DNA of 64,000 nt, from the sequence record MN988561.1; one strand, given 5' to 3'. This document shows positions 58,834-64,000 of this stretch, piece after piece. Position 1 is the stretch's first letter, and each line of letters begins with the position of its first letter. The notes under the pieces are model-generated. The model did no database searches. It was not told the DNA's origin and saw nothing but the letters and a program-made list of their open reading frames with translations. Position numbers and translations under genes: made by a program.

Positions 58834-59582
58834 AGCGTTGTGCTCCGAGTCTTTAAGGAGAATTGTCTTGAGGTACAAGTTCGAGCATCAGTCCGTAATT
58901 CCTGAATCCGACTTTGATCCGGATGGACTGGACATTATCTGGATCGACGATACCTATGCGTCGGCAGATAGCTTGGATACGATTTCCAAGTACATGTGCT
59001 GCGAAGTCGATGAGATCCAGCAGTATACTTCTGTCGAGGAGATCTGAGATGGCTAAGCTTGATCGTGCGAAATGGCCTACTCTGGCTAAAGCATTTGATG
59101 AATATGGACATTCGTATAAGTTCGACGATATGTTCGATGCGAAGGTACGTAGCGACAGTAACTACGTAGTCCTCTGCTGGAAGATCGACGAGGATTTCTA
59201 TGAGATGGCTGATCTCGCTAGTGATGGGAATGGTAATTGGGAGATGCAGAACGACATGTTCGATGGCATCAGTCTCAAGCAGTGGAAGTCCCTGAAGATC
59301 ACTCCTCAGTGTGACTGGTTTACTTACGATGGGGACGGTAACTAAGATGATTCTTCTCGTTAGAATGTTCTTATTCTCAGTTCGGATCTATGAGTTCTTC
59401 ACTGGAGACAAGTCAGGTCTCGAAGTCCTCATCAAGGTACGTGAGGATAAGTGGGACAAGTACAAATCGGATCTACTGAAGGATGGATTCGTCTTTCATG
59501 AGATCGATGGAACAATTCGTGTGACCAATGTAAAGTTCAATGGACGATACGTTGAGGTCATCGCTACGAGGGAGGATGCAGC

Positions 59583-59822
59583 ATGAATGGTCTTGAGAAG
59601 CATCGTCGAGAAGCTACCGAGTATCGTATGAAGTACGAGAATGGGATTGATCCTCGTAAGGTCAAGCGATATGAAGCTTCTCATCTCGATCCTGTCCATT
59701 GGGCATACGTCGAAGGATCTGATGCTGGATACTTCAACTATGGTAATCGTAATCCCTATCCTCCTGGTCGTCGTCATGACGAATACAATCGTGGATATGA
59801 AATCTCAAAGGATGAAGCATAA
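59583..59822 (+). CDS. Rmf-like (ribosome modulation factor fold) small protein
   Basis: AYVEGSDAG...NPYP...EYNRGY resembles the RMF pattern A...G..AG......CPY.......W..GW. Confidence 0.45.
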   Translation: MNGLEKHRREATEYRMKYENGIDPRKVKRYEASHLDPVHWAYVEGSDAGYFNYGNRNPYPPGRRHDEYNRGYEISKDEA

Positions 59823-60596
59823 TGGCTAAGAATAAGCAGGACAAGAATAATACTCTTGTCAACTTCATGGATGTCTTCAATGATATCTCTGAGGAGAATC
59901 GTCGGAAGGATAATGAGTATCTCAAGCTTCGTACTGAGTCGTTTGATAGTGACTGCGAAGACATTATCAAAATGAGCGACTTTGATCTCATCGACTACCT
60001 CAGCTCTTATCGAGGATATAGCGATCCTCGTATCGTTGAGATTGAAGGTAAGCTTAAGGAGGTAGCATTCAATGAAGCACTCAGGAGGATGAAACGTGGC
60101 GATCAAGCTTGATGCTCGTATGGGAGAGTATACTGGTCGTCAGGGTATCTCCTATCTGTTCAAAGATGAGAAGGGATATCCTCATCGTCTCGCAGCAGCT
60201 GAGATTAAGGACATTGATCTCAGCGATCTCGTACCTGGTCATAAGGTATGGCTAGAGAACTGGAAACATCATGGTGGCATCACTCAATGGTATGCTACTC
60301 CTAGACACATATAAGGAGACTATCATGCAACATCGTTATGTGAATGAACGTAGGATACCTGAACCAGTCACAGGATCGGATATGGTATCTGCACTCATGA
60401 GCTATTGTGAGGAGTACAATGTCGAGATCGAAGATATCGTCATCCTCGCAGATAAGATGGATGCTGATGTAGGTCATATAGCTGATGCTATCATTATCTG
60501 CACTCGTCATCTCGGAGACGAGGTGGATCCCTCCTAGTCCCCAGGAGGACCCTTCGTGGAAACTAACTCAAAATAAAGCATAAAAGGAGTAAAGAA

Positions 60597-60752
60597 ATGT
60601 CTTTCATCATGGCGTGGGTCACATTGATCCTCGTCTTCCTTCTGTACTGCGTAGGTATCATAACAGCGGTAGCTATCTTCTTTCTACCATATATTTTGAT
60701 CGGTATCGTTTCTTATTTAGTTGTAAGAATCCTTACTAAAGCTGCCAAGTAG
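60597..60752 (+). CDS. Small two-TM membrane protein (51 aa, not in ORF track)
   Basis: AAGGAG SD; MSFIMAWVTLILVFLLYCVGIITAVAIFFLPYILIGIVSYLVVRILTKAAK. Confidence 0.7.
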   Translation: MSFIMAWVTLILVFLLYCVGIITAVAIFFLPYILIGIVSYLVVRILTKAAK

Positions 60753-61030
60753 GAGACGTGGATGAGCATGAAATTTCAGGAAGGTATGCACTTCAAATTG
60801 GAAGGAGCTACTCTGAAAGGTAAGAATAGGATTCGAGATAACGGATCTGAATGGCAAGTCGTCAGTGTCAAGGATGGAGAAGTCTTGTTCGAATCTGTTC
60901 TGACAAGCTATCTGAAATGGCATCCTCTCAATGAAGAATCTGACTTCATTGTAGTTGAGAGAATGCAGGATGTCGAAGATGTGAATGACTCGATCGAAAT
61001 CGAAGGTCATTTCCTATAAGGAGTAACGAA

Positions 61031-61651
61031 ATGCAATTCGAAGTCAATCTGAATAACTATCCTGTTATGCGTAAGGCATTTCAGTTCATCGAGGTAGACA
61101 ATGGTGCAGGCATTATTCCTGGAGTACCTCTGAAGAATTCATATGTCGTTGATTTGAGTGATGAGTCTTCACTCGAAGAGATGTACGGTATGCAGTCATT
61201 CTCAGATAATGGTGCAGGTGCTCTCATGAATGCTGTCGAGGCCACTCTTGCTCAGATGAGTGATGATGAACTTCTTACATTCTGCACAGGTGGTGATCAT
61301 GAAGTCAAGATGATCGCCGAGAAGTACGAGTATGGCGCTATCGCTAGTGAGTTTCTGGATGCATGGTTCGAAGGTCACTTCGATGAGACTCCAAGATTCA
61401 CATGGCATCAGGTCTGGTACTTCACTAAAGTTTATCCTGAGACTGTTACTCCGGATGAAGCATATGAAGCATGGGTCAAGGAGAATCCTGACCCTAATGG
61501 CATGACAACCTACAACGAGGAAATATGGGAGGGTGATGAGTCCTGGGTTAAGTCAGTTTGTAGACTACTTCGAGTTGAACTGACTGATTACATTCCACCA
61601 CCGAAGGATGAAGGTGATGAACCGATCAATACTGAGAAGGTTAACCAGTGA
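61031..61651 (+). CDS. Acidic hypothetical protein
   Basis: TAAGGAG SD; 206 aa. Confidence 0.7.
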   Translation: MQFEVNLNNYPVMRKAFQFIEVDNGAGIIPGVPLKNSYVVDLSDESSLEEMYGMQSFSDNGAGALMNAVEATLAQMSDDELLTFCTGGDHEVKMIAEKYEYGAIASEFLDAWFEGHFDETPRFTWHQVWYFTKVYPETVTPDEAYEAWVKENPDPNGMTTYNEEIWEGDESWVKSVCRLLRVELTDYIPPPKDEGDEPINTEKVNQ

Positions 61652-61845
61652 GGAGTACGAAATATCTGGTCCAGAGAAATACTGGATGAGATTGTACATA
61701 TTGCCGATAGCTTCTATCTATTTTATATCGGCAATACTTCTATTTCCATTCTATGGACCGTCTATTTTCAGGACGGTCCAGGATATGATCAAGAGTCACT
61801 TCAATAGTTAGTAACGAGTTGATGCGTTTGAGTATTTGAATAAGT

Positions 61846-61884
61846 GGCTCTAGGCGAATCATTGTGCCTAGAGCCTTCCTTTTT
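61846..61884 (+). terminator. Intrinsic terminator
   Basis: GGCTCTAGGC / GCCTAGAGCC perfect 10-bp stem then TTCCTTTTT. Confidence 0.82.
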
Positions 61885-61909
61885 ATTAGAATAACATTGA
61901 AAGTTTAAA

Positions 61910-62428
61910 ATGCAGTCTTTTGGATATACAATACTAGCTCTCGTAGTAATTCTTATTCTCTACAAGATCATCAGATCACTTATCGTTCATGAGCAGAAAG
62001 CATCTGAATCAACCATTGACAATGGATACAATCTTCCGATCAAAGAAGCAGTTGATACGTCGATCAGTACGAGGACTACGACGTCTACTGCTATACGTCG
62101 TCAACCTGAGCATCGTAGACAGGAAGTCAAGTCTGAGAAACGTCAGTCATATGACAATGATACGGTTGCCACTTCATACGATGATAATTCGGATACTGTA
62201 ACTGCTGCAGTTATCTCAACGATCCTCTCGATTGAATCCAACAATTCTAGCTCGTCTCATTCAGATCATTCAAGTAGCTCGTCGTCTTCTCACTCAGATA
62301 CCTCGAGTAGTTGGTCGTCATCTCACTCGGATAGTTCATCTTCTCACTCATCGTCTTACGACTCAGGATCGTCCAGCTCATACGACTCTGGTAGTAGCAC
62401 GTCAGACTCTGGTGGTGGAGGATGGTAG
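61910..62428 (+). CDS. Membrane-anchored protein with a Ser/Gly-rich tail
   Basis: N-terminal TM (TILALVVILILYKII); C-terminal SSSYDSGSSTSDSGGGGW. Confidence 0.75.
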   Translation: MQSFGYTILALVVILILYKIIRSLIVHEQKASESTIDNGYNLPIKEAVDTSISTRTTTSTAIRRQPEHRRQEVKSEKRQSYDNDTVATSYDDNSDTVTAAVISTILSIESNNSSSSHSDHSSSSSSSHSDTSSSWSSSHSDSSSSHSSSYDSGSSSSYDSGSSTSDSGGGGW

Positions 62429-62447
62429 GCGAATTTATTTTAACGAA

Positions 62448-62488
62448 TAGGTTCACTTGAGGTCGTTAAGGGATTCTTCTCTGAAGGG
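62448..62488 (+). promoter_or_regulatory. Bipartite motif copy 16
   Basis: TAGGTTCACTT-13nt-GATTCTTCTCTGAAGGG. Confidence 0.82.
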
Positions 62489-62521
62489 TCGGGTGGTCCG
62501 TCCCTCCTAGGAGAATTTAAA

Positions 62522-62653
62522 ATGAAACTCTCTGCTCTTGTTCTGCTTTCAGTTGGTCTCGGTTGGTACTTGATGGGTTCGACTCAGTCGGATGCAATCA
62601 ATAAGTGCCTTCAGAAGTTCTCTGAATCGACGTGCATTAATCAATACCGTTAA
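62522..62653 (+). CDS. 43-aa exported two-Cys peptide (not in ORF track)
   Basis: AGGAG SD; MKLSALVLLSVGLGWYLMGSTQSDAINKCLQKFSESTCINQYR. Confidence 0.65.
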   Translation: MKLSALVLLSVGLGWYLMGSTQSDAINKCLQKFSESTCINQYR

Positions 62654-62682
62654 GTTCACTCCATCAAAAGAGGGGAATCAAG

Positions 62683-62886
62683 ATGGTAATGTTCGGTGTA
62701 TCGAAAGATCCCATCGTACGTAAAGGATTTGAGGTACTGGCTCATCAAGCTGGTACCTCAGCAGCAAGAGATAATGAGCAGAGGGTAGTACCTGATCCGT
62801 GGATAGGTTTTGAGGACCACTGGAAATCTGGATACGACTCCTTTGTTAAAGGAGTTATGAGTTACGACTTCCTTCGACGTACGTAA
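62683..62886 (+). CDS. Possible Rmf-like small protein
   Basis: AHQAGTSAA...DHWKSGY loosely matches the RMF AHQRGYQAG...W..GW pattern. Confidence 0.35.
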   Translation: MVMFGVSKDPIVRKGFEVLAHQAGTSAARDNEQRVVPDPWIGFEDHWKSGYDSFVKGVMSYDFLRRT

Positions 62887-63598
62887 CTGGTGAATTGTCT
62901 GGGATACTTGCTTAGGTAGGTATCCCAGATTACTTGTTTCTAGACTAACTCTGAGGATCGTAAGATCCGATGAGGGATGCATTATTATTACACGGACCCC
63001 TCCCTTGGAGATTGTTAATGACTAAGACATATGAGACTCGAGAGATTAGTCCAGGTCAATCTGTATCTGTTGACAAGGCTAAGTTTACATTCTACAAGGA
63101 ATCAGGAAAGTATTACACAGAGGGTGAGGGTATTGCTCCATTGTACTCTCATTATGACAACTCTCGTGAAGCTCTCATGAAGTTGAATGGAGGTAAGATG
63201 CCAGGACTCAGTGGTCCAGGAAATGATTTCTATCTTGTAATCTATCCTCTCAATGACGAGAGCGATATTGTCCCACGTTTACTGAAACCAGGAGAGTAGT
63301 ATGAGTGACGTGCGTCTTCAGGAATTGGATGAGATAGTTGAAGTTTCTCGTCAATCGAACACTCTGGATATCACATATCCAGTTTCACATATTCTGAGAT
63401 ACTATCATGAAGACTCAGATAAATATGATGTGGATCAGATGCTCGAGATCTTCAACAAATGGCTTGATAGTTATCTGCGCACTCATATAAATTCTGAAAT
63501 GCACATACTCTCGATTGATGCTATTCTTGTGAAATTCTTTGAAGATCACAAGGTAGAATTTCCATCGTACCTCATTTCTAACAAGGACCTTGACTAGC

Positions 63599-64000
63599 AT
63601 GAGAGACTATAATCTTAGATATGATCAGGATGCACTGGTATCGGTAAAATTGAAGAAGGGTAACGATCGTAGAGATCGTAATTCTAGATCTCTTAAAGAA
63701 CTGACTGGTAAGATTAAACTAGTCATTCCATCTGGTGCAGATGAGTACACTTATCTGAGATATAAAGGTTTAGTAAAGAGGCCTCGGAGGAATACTAAGT
63801 CATTAAAATCTGCACCTAAGACATCGATACGATACGCTATTGTTACTAGAAATGGTAATACAATATGTAATCACACTCGACTGAGATCAACTAAAGAAGA
63901 AACTGAGCGACGAAAACGGATTCGTGAGTTAGCTAATCGAGCTCGTGAGATGTTTGATGACATGGACTGTGATGTGTTCGCAGATAATGTCTGGAAGCTA
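63599..64000 (+). CDS. Basic hypothetical protein, truncated by the window end
   Basis: ATG 63599; read by eye as open to position 64000. Confidence 0.55.
   Translation, partial: MRDYNLRYDQDALVSVKLKKGNDRRDRNSRSLKELTGKIKLVIPSGADEYTYLRYKGLVKRPRRNTKSLKSAPKTSIRYAIVTRNGNTICNHTRLRSTKEETERRKRIRELANRAREMFDDMDCDVFADNVWKL

Larger units (their letters stand above)
1..64000 (+). other. Accessory/early-gene region of a large lytic dsDNA phage (T4-like/jumbo type)
   Basis: Unidirectional, densely packed small ORFs with ATGA/TAATG coupling; phage-typical auxiliary enzymes (DHFR, RtcB, 2OG oxygenase, Acb1-like, HNH); repeated promoter-like motif; no host housekeeping operons. Confidence 0.93.

Noticed and set aside
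13945-58867. Track start codons at 13945, 31776, 46684 and 58826
   Set aside because: They fall within or at the edge of the promoter motif; SD-supported starts lie downstream (13981, GTG 31800, ATG near 46726, TTG 58868).
27-62488. CRISPR array or mobile-element terminal repeats as the explanation for the repeated motif
   Set aside because: Copies are dispersed kilobases apart, have variable 13-nt cores and genes between them, and there is no cas or transposase gene; their placement fits promoters.
32-63600. Minus-strand ORFs in the track (e.g. 6333..7349, 7364..8236, 13879..14652)
   Set aside because: They are antisense shadows of + strand genes with no recognisable motifs or SDs; all promoters and terminators found point to the + strand.
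1-64000. Stop-codon reassignment (as in some jumbo/crAss-like phages)
   Set aside because: DHFR, PurA-like, PolX and RtcB are full length in the standard code, and TAG/TGA act as normal stops with coupled downstream starts.
1-64000. tRNA or rRNA genes, self-splicing introns, inteins
   Set aside because: No T-loop/D-loop cloverleaf signatures were seen in intergenic gaps, and conserved enzymes show no large insertions; a tRNAscan/Infernal run would be needed to exclude atypical cases.

Overview
This window is the accessory (non-core) region of a large lytic dsDNA phage, T4-like or jumbo myophage in character. The Gram-negative host is inferred from lipoprotein and Tat-type signal peptides, and an alphaproteobacterial host is plausible but unproven. 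Essentially all real genes are on the + strand and tightly packed with coupled stops and starts. Most are small hypothetical ORFs. I found no tRNA, rRNA, CRISPR array, integrase or full-length virion or replication core gene. Recognisable enzymes include DHFR, two metallophosphoesterases, a HAD, a ComF-like PRTase, a Nudix hydrolase, a vWA protein, a divergent PurA-like synthetase, an Acb1/gp57B-like 2H phosphoesterase, an apparently inactivated PolX, an Ntn peptidase, an ATP-grasp protein, a 2OG-Fe(II) oxygenase, RtcB, an HNH nuclease and an XRE regulator. Five observations stand out. (1) A textbook -1 ribosomal frameshift signal (T_TTT_TTC at 8704-8710 plus a 65-nt stem-loop) would fuse a HIRAN DNA-end-binding domain onto a Met/Gly-rich protein, at the head of a Met-rich/HIRAN-vWA-PurA-like module. 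(2) A bipartite motif, TAGGTKCASTT-N13-GATTCTTCYTT, occurs 16 times with an invariant 13-nt spacer and looks like a phage-specific promoter cassette. (3) A monocistronic 609-nt gene has only two TA dinucleotides and no sense-strand ACA or TAC. (4) Tat-signal proteins appear to carry fragments of major capsid and tail sheath proteins. (5) The PolX has all three catalytic aspartates replaced. All family assignments come from motif recognition by eye; no database searches were run. Many additional small + strand ORFs in the supplied track are probably real but are not listed individually.
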